From: an uncultured Alphaproteobacteria bacterium
GTDB taxonomy: Bacteria > Pseudomonadota > Alphaproteobacteria > CADEGL01
NCBI GenBank assembly: GCA_902826885.1
Contig: CADEGL010000006.1
Span: 2,091 to 66,090 of the forward strand
Length of the DNA stretch: 64,000 nucleotides
Direction of reading: 5' to 3'
A model generated the notes under the pieces. The model was given only the letters and a program-made list of their open reading frames with translations, made no database searches and was not told the DNA's origin. Every line of letters starts with the position of its first letter. Position 1 is the stretch's first letter. This document shows, piece by piece, positions 16,871-25,824 of the stretch. The position numbers were made by a program, and so were the translations under genes.

Positions 16871-18448
16871 TCAGGTCTTCAGCTTGGTCAAAGCTTCGAC
16901 CGTATCGGCCTCGCGCGCGGGCTTGTCCCAGCGGATGCGGTGCACGCGGGGGAAGCGCATGGCCAGGCCGGATTTGTGCCGCGCCGATTCATGGACGCTG
17001 TCGAAGGCGATTTCCAGCACGAGGCCCGGCTCGACCGAACGCACGGGGCCGAATCGCTCGACCGTGTGGTTGCGCACCCAGCGGTCCAGTTTCACCAGTT
17101 CCTCGTCCGTGAAACCGGAATAGGCCTTGCCCACCGGCACCAGTTCGCCGTCGCGCCAGGCGCCGAAGGTGTAGTCGGAATAGAAGGACGAGCGCTTGCC
17201 GTGACCGCGTTGGGCATACATGAGCACGGCGTCAAAGGTGAGCGCGTCGCGCTTCCACTTGAACCATGGTCCCTTAGGCCTTCCCGAGACATAGGGCGCA
17301 TCGCGGCGCTTCAGCATCAGCCCTTCGATGCCCTTGCTGCGCGCGTCCGCGCGTAACTGCTCCAGTTCGGCCCACGACGCGAAGGGGATCAAGGGCGACA
17401 GGTCGAACAGCGTGTGCGACGCGCCGGCATACCACGCTTCCAGCCGCGCGCGCCGGTCGCGCAGCGGCAGCGGACGCAGGTCATCGCCGCCGATGAACAG
17501 CGCGTCGTACAACCGCACGAAGGCCGGGTACTGGGCCAGCATCTTGGCCGTCACGGTCTTGCGGTTGAGCCGCTGCTGCAAATCGTTGAAAGGCGCCACC
17601 TCACCGCCGCGCACGACCAGAAGCTCGCCATCTAGCACCGTGCCGTCGGCAAGCGCGGCCGCGATCTCTGGAAAGGCGCCCGAGATATCGTCGCCCATGC
17701 GCGAGAAGACGCGCCGTTCGCCGCCGCGCGCCGCCAACTGCACGCGAATGCCGTCCCATTTCCATTCGGCCAGGTATTGGGCGGGGTCGAGCGCCTCCAT
17801 CTCGCCGGGCTCGATCGGGTTGGCCAGCATCAGCGGCACGAAGACGGCCTTCTCGCCGGGATGCGGCCGGTCGCCCTTGCCCTCCAGCCATTGAAACAGT
17901 TCCGTGTAAGGCGGTTCGAGGCCGTGCCAAATCTCCTCGATGGCGTCGGGCTCGACCGGACCGAGGGAGGCCACGGCGGTCTTGGCCAACCGCGCGGAGA
18001 CGCCGACGCGCAGCCCGCCGGTGATGAGCTTCAGCAGCGCCCAGCGGCCGGTGGCGTCCAAGAAATCGAACCAGCGCGCGACGGCCTCCACGGCCTCGGC
18101 GCGCGTGGCGGCACGCAGTCCGGTGACGATCTCCGACAGAGAGGGCGGCGGCGGGAAGTTCGTCGCCGTGTCCTCCCGCGCGGGCCAGATCAACGCCACC
18201 GTCTCGGCCAGGTCGCCGACGAAATCGTAGGACCAGCGAAACAGTTCGGCATCGACCCGGCTTTCGGCCAAGGCGCGTATCTGCGCGGGCTTCACGGCGG
18301 GGAAGGAAAGGGCGCCCGTCAGCGCGGCCAGCGCCCAGCCGCGGTCGGGATCGGGCACGCTGCGGAAATACTCCTCCATCAGCCGCAACTTCGCGTTGCG
18401 CGCGGGGGTGAGGAGAAGGGAGTCGAGGAGGTGGGCGAAGCGAATCAC
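16871..18448 (-). CDS. ATP-dependent DNA ligase (ligase-associated / cisplatin-damage-response type)
   Basis: Adenylation motif I AEWKWDGIRVQL, with downstream motifs EGLMLKR and FKWK. Start taken as GTG 18448, overlapping the upstream stop (GTGA). The N-terminal 279 aa of ORF 16871..19285 is out-of-frame read-through of the YihY gene. Confidence 0.88.
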   Translation of the reverse strand: MIRFAHLLDSLLLTPARNAKLRLMEEYFRSVPDPDRGWALAALTGALSFPAVKPAQIRALAESRVDAELFRWSYDFVGDLAETVALIWPAREDTATNFPPPPSLSEIVTGLRAATRAEAVEAVARWFDFLDATGRWALLKLITGGLRVGVSARLAKTAVASLGPVEPDAIEEIWHGLEPPYTELFQWLEGKGDRPHPGEKAVFVPLMLANPIEPGEMEALDPAQYLAEWKWDGIRVQLAARGGERRVFSRMGDDISGAFPEIAAALADGTVLDGELLVVRGGEVAPFNDLQQRLNRKTVTAKMLAQYPAFVRLYDALFIGGDDLRPLPLRDRRARLEAWYAGASHTLFDLSPLIPFASWAELEQLRADARSKGIEGLMLKRRDAPYVSGRPKGPWFKWKRDALTFDAVLMYAQRGHGKRSSFYSDYTFGAWRDGELVPVGKAYSGFTDEELVKLDRWVRNHTVERFGPVRSVEPGLVLEIAFDSVHESARHKSGLAMRFPRVHRIRWDKPAREADTVEALTKLKT

Positions 18449-19299
18449 GTTTTCGCGCGCGCGTCGGCGCGATGCTTCAGCTCGGCATTGATCTCGGCGC
18501 CGATGCAAACCGCGTAGGCCGACAGGTAGAACCACATGAGCAGCACGACGACCGCGCCCAACGAGCCGAACGTCTTGTTGTAATCGCCGAAATTGGCGAC
18601 ATAGATCGAGAAGCCGATCGAGGCGAAGGTCCAAAGCGCGGTGGCCACGATCGCGCCGGGAATTTCGTAGCGAAGCTGGCGCACCAGGCGGCTGGGCCCG
18701 TAGCGGTAAATGACGGTCAAGGCCAGAACCACGATGGCGGTAATGGCCAGCCACGGAACCCACACCACGGCCTCGATGGTTTCCTTGTCGACCCGCGCCA
18801 GTTCGAGCGCCGCGGGCAACCCGACGATGAGCGCGAGAACAACCATCAGCATGATCAGCCCGCCGAGGGTGAAACCCAGCGCGATGCCGGTACGGTGGAA
18901 GAAGCCGCGCCGCTCCTTCACGACATAGTCGTAGTTGAGCGCCGCCATCAGCGACTTGATGCCGCTGGCCGCGCTCCAGATCGAAAGCAGGAAGGCCATG
19001 ATGGCGCCGAACCCAAGCGCCGCCTCCTCGCGCATGCTGAGAGCGATGAGCTGGTTGCCCAGGATGTCGTAGGCGGCGGGCGGCACGATGCCGCGCAGGG
19101 GCGAGAGGGTGGTGTAGACCGTGCCGGTGTCCGCGAAGATGCCGTAGAGCGCGGCGAAGGCCGCGATGGCGGGAAACACCGCCAGCAGGCCGAAGAACGC
19201 GATGCCCGCCGCGAACAGGGACAGCTCGGACGAGAGGAGGCGGTCGGCGATTCGCTCGACCGCCTTCCAGCGCGGCGAGGCCCACAGGCTCTCAAGCAT
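18445..19299 (-). CDS. YihY/BrkB-family inner-membrane protein
   Basis: 284 aa with about 6 TM helices. FAAGIAFFGLLAVFPAIAA ... YGPSR ... GSLGAVVVLLMWFYLSAYAVCIGAEINAE matches the YihY (formerly RNase BN) signature. Confidence 0.85.
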   Translation of the reverse strand: MLESLWASPRWKAVERIADRLLSSELSLFAAGIAFFGLLAVFPAIAAFAALYGIFADTGTVYTTLSPLRGIVPPAAYDILGNQLIALSMREEAALGFGAIMAFLLSIWSAASGIKSLMAALNYDYVVKERRGFFHRTGIALGFTLGGLIMLMVVLALIVGLPAALELARVDKETIEAVVWVPWLAITAIVVLALTVIYRYGPSRLVRQLRYEIPGAIVATALWTFASIGFSIYVANFGDYNKTFGSLGAVVVLLMWFYLSAYAVCIGAEINAELKHRADARAKT

Positions 19300-19375
19300 G
19301 GCGGCGGCCCATCGATGCCAGGTCGGACGGCGTCATCCCATTTCAACCGGAGGGGTTTGGCAAGGTTCCCGCGCG

Positions 19376-20389
19376 TCAGCCTTCCTCCTCGTCGAAACCG
19401 ATGAGGGAGAGCGCGCGGGCGCGAATGCCCATAAGGGTGGCCTGGCGGACCAGGGCCTCCTCGTTGCCATGCGTGACCCACACTTCGGGCGCGCCGACGT
19501 CCTTCAAGGTCTGAACCAGCTCGTCCCAGTCGGCGTGATCCGAGATCACCAGCGGCAGCTCGACACCGCGCGCCTTCGCGCGCTGCTTCACGCGCATCCA
19601 GCCCGAGGCCATGGCCACCATCGGTTCGGGCAGACGCCGCGCCCACAGGTCCGAGGTCGCGCCAGGTGGCGCCAAGACGATGCGGCCTTTCAGAGCTTCG
19701 CGTTTGGCGCCGGTGGCCGGTTCGATCGGGCCCAGATCGACACCCAGCGAACGGTACAGCTCGACCATGGCAAGCAACGCACCGTGGAGCGGCACCGGCG
19801 CGTCGTAGCCTTGCCGGCGGAGAAGGGCCAGCACGCGCTGTGCCTTGCCCAGCGCATAAGCGCCGACCACGACGGCGCGTTCGGGAAAGAGGGCGGCGGC
19901 ATGGACCAGCTTCGCGATCTCATCGCCGTCCGGCGGGTGGCGGAAGACGGGCAGGCCGAAGGTGGCTTCGGTGACGAAGACGTCGCACGCGACGGGCTCG
20001 AAGGGCGGGCAGGTGGGATCAGGGCGCCGCTTGTAGTCGCCGGAAACCACGGCGCGCGATCCGCGCCATTCCATCACGGCCTGCGCGCTGCCCAACACAT
20101 GGCCGGCCGGGACGAGGCGCAGGGAAACACCGTTGATCGTGACGGCCTCGCCAAGACGAAGCGGTTGCAGGCTGCCGCCCGCGCGCTCGCCGAGGCGCGC
20201 TCGCATGATGGCCAGGGTTTCGGAGGTGGCCAGGACCGCCTTGTTGCCGGGCCGGGCATGGTCCGCGTGGCCATGGGTCACGACCGCCCGATCGACCGGA
20301 CGGACCGGATCTATATAGAAGTCGCCGGGGATGCAGTGCAGGCCCGCCGGTGTCGGCTTCAACCAGGTTTCGGGATGGGGCGCGGCCAT
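19376..20389 (-). CDS. ligase-associated DNA-damage-response exonuclease (metallo-beta-lactamase fold)
   Basis: VVTHGHADHARPG (the HxHxDH motif), with ...SDHADWDEL...WVTHG at the C-terminus, as in beta-CASP-like ligase-associated exonucleases. Confidence 0.85.
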   Translation of the reverse strand: MAAPHPETWLKPTPAGLHCIPGDFYIDPVRPVDRAVVTHGHADHARPGNKAVLATSETLAIMRARLGERAGGSLQPLRLGEAVTINGVSLRLVPAGHVLGSAQAVMEWRGSRAVVSGDYKRRPDPTCPPFEPVACDVFVTEATFGLPVFRHPPDGDEIAKLVHAAALFPERAVVVGAYALGKAQRVLALLRRQGYDAPVPLHGALLAMVELYRSLGVDLGPIEPATGAKREALKGRIVLAPPGATSDLWARRLPEPMVAMASGWMRVKQRAKARGVELPLVISDHADWDELVQTLKDVGAPEVWVTHGNEEALVRQATLMGIRARALSLIGFDEEEG

Positions 20390-20527
20390 GGCCTAGCAGA
20401 GTTGGGCCGGGCCAAGCCCGGATTCCAGCCGGTTGTTGAATACGCAGAGGAATTCACGGCCGTACCGGCGGGAAACATTTCGTGTGTTTCGTCTGAATAT
20501 TATTTTATAACATATTGAAAATAAATA

Positions 20528-21427
20528 TCATTCGCCTTTTGGTAACAAGACTTTCGGGCCGTCCTTCGCGCGTTCGATGGTTACATCCTTCACCTCGCGT
20601 GGCTCCGCCTCTTCCATGTCGGGCCAATAGCCGTCGCCAATGCGGAAGCGCGCGCTCTTCCAGCTTAAGGTCATGGACTTGCCGCGGCGAAGCGCGATGG
20701 GGGCGGGATCGTCGGGCGAGGCCCCGCCTTCCAGCCATTTGCACAGGGCGTCGTACTCGCTTTCGCGCGCGTAACCGACGTCGAGAAACCCATCCGACGG
20801 GTCGGCCGCCCAGGAGAGGGACAGGCGCGGGCCGACCGAACTGAAATTGAGCGCCTCCAGCAGCAGGAACTTCCCCTCGATTTCCTGGTCGTCCAGCGTG
20901 GCTTCGGCCGCCACCGGCTTGCTTCGGCGCAGCATGTTCAGGAGCTTCGCCCGCGCGACGGCGATTTCCTCCTTCACCGTCTTGGCGGTCACGGATTTCT
21001 TGTCCATGTGGTGCGCCATGCGCGTGAGGGCGCCCAGGCCGCAGCCTTCGATGAAGCGCCGCTCGCCCCACGGGCCTTTCGCGATCCAAACGTCGATTTC
21101 CTTCTTGTCGGCGGACTTCCACGTCTCGATCGCCTTCTCGGGATCGGTCGGCACGCCGAGCGCGCGGGCGATGTTGTTGGCGGTTCCCAGCGGCAGGATG
21201 GCGATCGGCGGGTCGGTCGAGCGCAGCGCCAAGGCGACCTTGGTAACCGCGCCGTCGCCACCCGCGGCGACCACCAGCTTGGCGTCTTCCAGCGCCTTAT
21301 GGAACTTCTTGGAGCCCGGCTTGGCGCGCACGATGTCGCAGCCGGCTTTCTCCAGCATGGCATGCAGGTCCTTCTTCTGGACCTTGCCTTTGCCGGCCTT
21401 GCGGTTGTGAACCAGAACAACCCGCAT
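20528..21427 (-). CDS. diacylglycerol/lipid kinase catalytic-domain protein (YegS/LCB5-like)
   Basis: MRVVLVHNRKAGKG, VVAAGGDGAV and LPLGTANNIARALGV are DAGK_cat motifs. Confidence 0.85.
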   Translation of the reverse strand: MRVVLVHNRKAGKGKVQKKDLHAMLEKAGCDIVRAKPGSKKFHKALEDAKLVVAAGGDGAVTKVALALRSTDPPIAILPLGTANNIARALGVPTDPEKAIETWKSADKKEIDVWIAKGPWGERRFIEGCGLGALTRMAHHMDKKSVTAKTVKEEIAVARAKLLNMLRRSKPVAAEATLDDQEIEGKFLLLEALNFSSVGPRLSLSWAADPSDGFLDVGYARESEYDALCKWLEGGASPDDPAPIALRRGKSMTLSWKSARFRIGDGYWPDMEEAEPREVKDVTIERAKDGPKVLLPKGE

Positions 21428-21587
21428 TTTTCCGGCTCCGCATAAGGGTGCGCCCAGTCAAACGAACGACGGCACCATAGGTTCCTGTAAACCCGGCGAC
21501 GGATTTCCCCCGCTTGGACGTAACATCACAAGGCGCCGACGCGCCCGGCCAGCAAGCCAGCCCGGTGCCAGCCAGCCAGCCGACATT

Positions 21588-22547
21588 CTAGGAAGCGGTC
21601 CGTTTCGCCCGCCGGGGCGCGGTGTCATGCGCGCTGACCGGCCAATGGCCTTCGCGCATCAAGGCCAACAACTCGCGCCGCGCGGTCGCGATCAGATGGC
21701 GCGCGGGCGCGCTCAAGGGCATCCACGGCGCGGTGACCAGGGCGAGGGGGCTTTCCAGCACGGGCTTCTCGATTCGCGCCGCGCCAATCAGACCCGCATC
21801 GACGTCCGGCCGGATCGTGGGATAGGGCAGGATGGAGAAGACGCCTTGATCCAGGATCAGGGCGCGCATGGTGCTGGCGCTTTCGGCTTCGACCACGACG
21901 CGCAGCGCCCAGCCTTGCTGCCGCGTGATGCGGTCCAGGTGTTGCCGCAGCACATGGTCCGGGCGCGGCAGGACAAAGGGCAGATCGGCCAGCGCCGAAA
22001 AGGGGATGGAGCCGTCGCGCAAGGGCACGGCACCCGCGCGGCCGACCAGGTGCATGTCCTGGCGCCCCACGGGCTCGACGCGGAAGTCCTTGGAGCGCGG
22101 CGGATCGTACATCAGCGCGGCATGGATCGCTCCGCGCGTGAGCTGTTCGCGCAGATAGACCCCGAAGCCTTCCATCACGCGCACCAGCACGTCCGGGTGC
22201 CGCGCGCGGAAGGCGCGCACCAGACGAGGCCCCAGCGTGGCGGCCATGGCGTGGGTCATGCCGATGGCGGCCATGCCGCCGGGCGCGCTGCGCCGCGCGG
22301 CCAGTTCGCGCTCGGCCTCGGCCAGTTCGTCCGCGATCGATTCGGCCCGGGCCAAAAGGTCCGTCCCGGCCTCGGTTATCTGCACGCCGCGCCCATGGCG
22401 GAGAAGGAGAGGGACGCCGGCTTCGGCTTCCAGGTCAGCGATGCGGCGGCTGACCGCGGGCTGGGCGATGCCCAGGCGCGCGGCCGCGCGGGAAATGCTG
22501 CCCTCGCGCGCCACGGCCGCGAAATAGCGGAGCTGGCGGGTGTCCAT
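21588..22547 (-). CDS. LysR-family transcriptional regulator
   Basis: MDTRQLRYFAAVAREGSISRAAARLGIAQPAVSRRIADLE is a LysR HTH. Divergent from the TauD pair. Confidence 0.92.
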   Translation of the reverse strand: MDTRQLRYFAAVAREGSISRAAARLGIAQPAVSRRIADLEAEAGVPLLLRHGRGVQITEAGTDLLARAESIADELAEAERELAARRSAPGGMAAIGMTHAMAATLGPRLVRAFRARHPDVLVRVMEGFGVYLREQLTRGAIHAALMYDPPRSKDFRVEPVGRQDMHLVGRAGAVPLRDGSIPFSALADLPFVLPRPDHVLRQHLDRITRQQGWALRVVVEAESASTMRALILDQGVFSILPYPTIRPDVDAGLIGAARIEKPVLESPLALVTAPWMPLSAPARHLIATARRELLALMREGHWPVSAHDTAPRRAKRTAS

Positions 22548-22561
22548 GCGGACATTCTATG

Positions 22562-22592
22562 CCATTTAGGCATGGAAACCATGCCTAAATGG
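22562..22592. promoter_or_regulatory. perfect 14-bp inverted repeat, candidate LysR operator
   Basis: CCATTTAGGCATGG-AAA-CCATGCCTAAATGG at 22562-22575 / 22579-22592. It lies 15 nt upstream of the LysR start and 83 nt upstream of TauD paralog 1. Contains a T-N11-A-type core. Confidence 0.55.
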
Positions 22593-22674
22593 ACTGTACG
22601 GCGGAAGACCGTTTGCTTTTAAATTCCCCTGTGAAGGGCGCGGGACGCGCCATGGGCATGAGGAACGATCGACG

Positions 22675-23553
22675 ATGGCACAGGCAATGGTGGCGGAACG
22701 GCCGGCGCAGGCGGCGGAATACCGGCGCATCACGGTCAAGAAGCTTTGCGGCGCGGCAGGCGCGGAGATCGGCGGGGTCGACCTGTCGAAGCCGTTGGAC
22801 GACCTGACGGCGGCGGAAATCCACCGCGCGTTCCTGGAGAACAGCGTGATCGCGTTCCGCGACCAGGAGCTTTCGCCCGAGCGCCAGATCGCCTTCACCG
22901 AAATCTTCGGCAAGGTCGAGCAGCATCCACTTTACCGCAGCAACCTGATCGAAGGATTCCCGGAGATCTTGGTGCTGGAGCACAAGGCCGGCCAGTACAT
23001 CAACGGCAAGAACGACATCTGGCACGCCGACATCACGTTCAAGGAAGAACCGCCGCTCGGCAGCATGCTTCATTGCAAAGCGGCCTGGGAGGGTTTCGCG
23101 GACACCATGTTCGCCAGCCAGTACATGGCGTACGAGACGCTGTCCGAGCCGCTGAAGCGCCTGTTCGACGGCATGAAGGCCGAGCATGACGCGTCGATCC
23201 TGCCGCGCCTGAACAACAAGCACGATTACAATAAGAAGATCGGAGACATTCCGCCGCCCGTCATCCATCCCGTCGTGCGCACGCACCCGGAGACGGGCCG
23301 CAAGGCGTTGTTCGTCAACGCGGCCTACACGATCCGCCTTCTCGGCGTGTCGGAAGAGGAGAGCAAGCAGCTCCTCGATATCCTGTACGCCCATGCCGTG
23401 CGGCCCGATTTCGTCTATCGCCATCGCTGGCGGGTGGGCGACGTGGTGATCTTCGACAACCGCTGCCTGCTGCACTACGTCGTGCCCGACCATCCGCACG
23501 ACATGCACCGGCGCATGCACCGCACCACGGCGGCGGGCGACCGGCCGTTCTGA
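22675..23553 (+). CDS. TauD/TfdA-family Fe(II)/2-oxoglutarate dioxygenase, paralog 1
   Basis: VIAFRDQELSPERQIAFTEIFG, WHADITF (HxD iron ligands), and the distal His in MHRTT. Confidence 0.9.
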   Translation: MAQAMVAERPAQAAEYRRITVKKLCGAAGAEIGGVDLSKPLDDLTAAEIHRAFLENSVIAFRDQELSPERQIAFTEIFGKVEQHPLYRSNLIEGFPEILVLEHKAGQYINGKNDIWHADITFKEEPPLGSMLHCKAAWEGFADTMFASQYMAYETLSEPLKRLFDGMKAEHDASILPRLNNKHDYNKKIGDIPPPVIHPVVRTHPETGRKALFVNAAYTIRLLGVSEEESKQLLDILYAHAVRPDFVYRHRWRVGDVVIFDNRCLLHYVVPDHPHDMHRRMHRTTAAGDRPF

Positions 23554-23603
23554 TTTCCGGCCACGCCTGCTAGGCTTCCGCCTGTCGTCAAGGGAGGCGG
23601 TCG

Positions 23604-24461
23604 ATGGCACAGGCGGTGATGGACGCCTATAAACGCATCAAGGTCGAGAAATCGTGCGGCGCGGGCGGGGCCGTGATCAGCGGCCTCGACCTGTCGCAGC
23701 CGTTGGAAGACGACGCGATCGCCGAGATCAAGCGCGCGTTCCTCGATCATTGCGTCATCGTTTTCCGCGGCCAGGACCTTTCGCCGGAGCGCCAGATGGC
23801 GTTCACGCGGATTTTCGGCAAGGTCGAGCAACATCCCGTCGTGCGCGGCTTCGAGATCGAGGGCTATCCCGAGATCATGGTGATCGAGCACAAGGCCGGC
23901 GTCTTCTACAACGGCAAGAACGACATCTGGCACTCGGACGTGACCTTCAGCGAGACGCCGCCCTTGGGCAGCGTGCTTCACTGCCGCGCGGCGTGGGAAG
24001 GTTTCTCCGACACGATGTTTTCCAACCAGTATCTGGCCTACGAGGCGCTGTCGGAGCCGTTAAAGCGAATGCTGGGCGGGCTTCAGGCCGAGCACGACGC
24101 GCAGCTTCTGCGGCGGCGCATGAACGCCTACGAGCACAACAACCAGATCAGCGAAATCCCCAAGCCCGCCATTCATCCGGTCGTGCGCACGCACCCGGAA
24201 ACAGGGCGGAAGGCGCTCTACGTCAATCCGATCTACACCACGCGGCTTCTGGGCGTGAGCGAGGAGGAGAGCAAGTTCCTGCTCGAATTCCTCTATCAGC
24301 ACGCGGTGCGGCCGGACTTCATCTACCGGCACCGTTGGCGCCCCGGCGATGTGACCATGTTCGACAACCGCTGCCTGCTGCACTATGTCGTGCCCGACCA
24401 TCCGCAGGACATGCACCGGCTGATGCATCGCACCACGGCGTCCGGCGACCGCCCGTATTAA
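23604..24461 (+). CDS. TauD/TfdA-family Fe(II)/2-oxoglutarate dioxygenase, paralog 2
   Basis: Collinear with paralog 1 over its full length (VIVFRGQDLSPERQMAFTRIFG, WHSDVTF, LMHRTT). This is a tandem duplicate. Confidence 0.9.
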   Translation: MAQAVMDAYKRIKVEKSCGAGGAVISGLDLSQPLEDDAIAEIKRAFLDHCVIVFRGQDLSPERQMAFTRIFGKVEQHPVVRGFEIEGYPEIMVIEHKAGVFYNGKNDIWHSDVTFSETPPLGSVLHCRAAWEGFSDTMFSNQYLAYEALSEPLKRMLGGLQAEHDAQLLRRRMNAYEHNNQISEIPKPAIHPVVRTHPETGRKALYVNPIYTTRLLGVSEEESKFLLEFLYQHAVRPDFIYRHRWRPGDVTMFDNRCLLHYVVPDHPQDMHRLMHRTTASGDRPY

Positions 24462-24517
24462 GCGCGGTTAAGGTGAAATTTGTAGGGGGATCAAATCGAA
24501 TGAACGGCAGCGACACA

Positions 24518-24662
24518 ACCCTCTCCGTCCGCATAGCGGAGGGAGAGGGTGGCGAGCCATAGCGAGCCGGGTGAGGTAGGTGTTTCCGGCAAGCACCACC
24601 TCACCCTCCCGATCGCAGTGCGATCGGGCCTCTCCCTCTCCCCCGCACGCGGCGGAGAGGGG
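24518..24662. repeat. compound REP-like element: four consecutive hairpins
   Basis: Four stems: ACCCTCTCC/GGAGAGGGT (24518-26 / 24542-50), GGGTGAGGT/ACCTCACCC (24569-77 / 24598-606), CCCGATCGC/GCGATCGGG (24608-16 / 24620-28) and CCCTCTCC/GGAGAGGG (24634-41 / 24654-61). Located between convergent genes. Confidence 0.6.
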
Positions 24663-24686
24663 CTGTCCCACTCAGTGAGTTAAACC

Positions 24687-25565
24687 TCAGAGCGGCTGGC
24701 GGGTGAACGGGACCTGGAGCTGGCGCAGGAACGTCTCCGGCATCGGGTGGCTGATGCCGATATCCGCGGGCGGGCGGCGCGGCGGATTGTGGAAGGTCCT
24801 GAACAACAGGTCGAACAGCATCAGGTTCTCGCCGTAGTTGCGGTTGCCTTCCTCCAGCTTCTTGGAGTGATGCCAGCGATGGAGCGTGGGCGTGTTGAAC
24901 ACGTAGTCCAAGACGCCGCAGCGCATCTCCACGTTGCAGTGGGTCAGGATGCCGATGAAGGCCGTGATCGCGCTGGTCAATAGAAGCACCTCGCGCGGCG
25001 CGCCCAACAGCAGCAGAACCGGCATCCCCACGGCCAGCGCCAGCACCGTGTCGACAACGTGGAAACGCCCGGTGTTGAAGAACCACAGGCGGCCCACGCT
25101 GTGATGAACGGCGTGGAAGCGCCAGAGCGGCGGCCATTCGTGGGACAGCCGGTGTTTCCAATAGAGGCCCATCTCGACGATCACGAGACCCAGCGCGGTT
25201 TGGAAGAAGAGGGGCCACTGCGCCGGCCACCAGCCGCCGCTGCGGGGCGCCAGCCAGTCGGCGATGCCCATGAAGGTGATGACGGTGATGATGGTCTGCG
25301 CCGCGCCCTTGTTGAGGATCGTGTGGGCGAGGTCGGGCAGCATCTGGCCGTCGTTCTTGAGCCAGGTCCGCTCATGCGGCATCACGCGTTCGAGCAGCCC
25401 GAGGATCAGCGCCAGGGCGAGGTACGTGACATTGAAGGCGATCACGCCATGGTCCGCGCGCATGCCCGCATAGGTCGCGCCGATGGCGCAGGCCAAGAGC
25501 GCCGGCCATAGGACATAGGACAGCCGGCGGCGAAGATTCGAGTTGTCGGTTTCGGCTTTTGTCAT
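24687..25565 (-). CDS. sterol desaturase / fatty-acid hydroxylase family membrane protein
   Basis: Trimmed to MTKAETDN (ATG 25565). His boxes HRLSHE, HAVHH and HRWHH, with several TM helices. Confidence 0.85.
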   Translation of the reverse strand: MTKAETDNSNLRRRLSYVLWPALLACAIGATYAGMRADHGVIAFNVTYLALALILGLLERVMPHERTWLKNDGQMLPDLAHTILNKGAAQTIITVITFMGIADWLAPRSGGWWPAQWPLFFQTALGLVIVEMGLYWKHRLSHEWPPLWRFHAVHHSVGRLWFFNTGRFHVVDTVLALAVGMPVLLLLGAPREVLLLTSAITAFIGILTHCNVEMRCGVLDYVFNTPTLHRWHHSKKLEEGNRNYGENLMLFDLLFRTFHNPPRRPPADIGISHPMPETFLRQLQVPFTRQPL

Positions 25566-25824
25566 CGATCGGATCCGTAGGCGGCATTCAGACGCACGTC
25601 CGACCCCCCGGGGCGACTTTTTCAAACCCCGAGGAAAAGGAACAGTCTTTTTTCGCGCCCTTGGGGCCCGCCCCATCCTTGTATTGCGAATAAGTCGCAT
25701 TAGTGATCTACTTTTCGGGAATACTTCTCTTTTTTCCCACAGTCGGCGGCGGGTTTTTCGCAGGCCGCGGGTCGGTCCGGCGGTTGCCGTGCCACGACCG
25801 GAGACGGCGGTTCCTTGATCCTCG

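Noticed and set aside
16871-19285. 804-aa ORF suggesting a fused membrane-protein/ligase.
   Set aside because: The N-terminal 279 aa is an alternative-frame read-through of the YihY gene (18445..19299), which has a proper membrane-protein sequence in its own frame. The ligase homology begins at GTG 18448.
25566-25824. 259-bp spacer upstream of the PepSY gene, containing ATTGCGA-N5-TCGCATT and a C/G-rich palindrome CCCCGGGG.
   Set aside because: The repeats are short and imperfect, and I cannot tie them to a known iron-regulator box. Not called.
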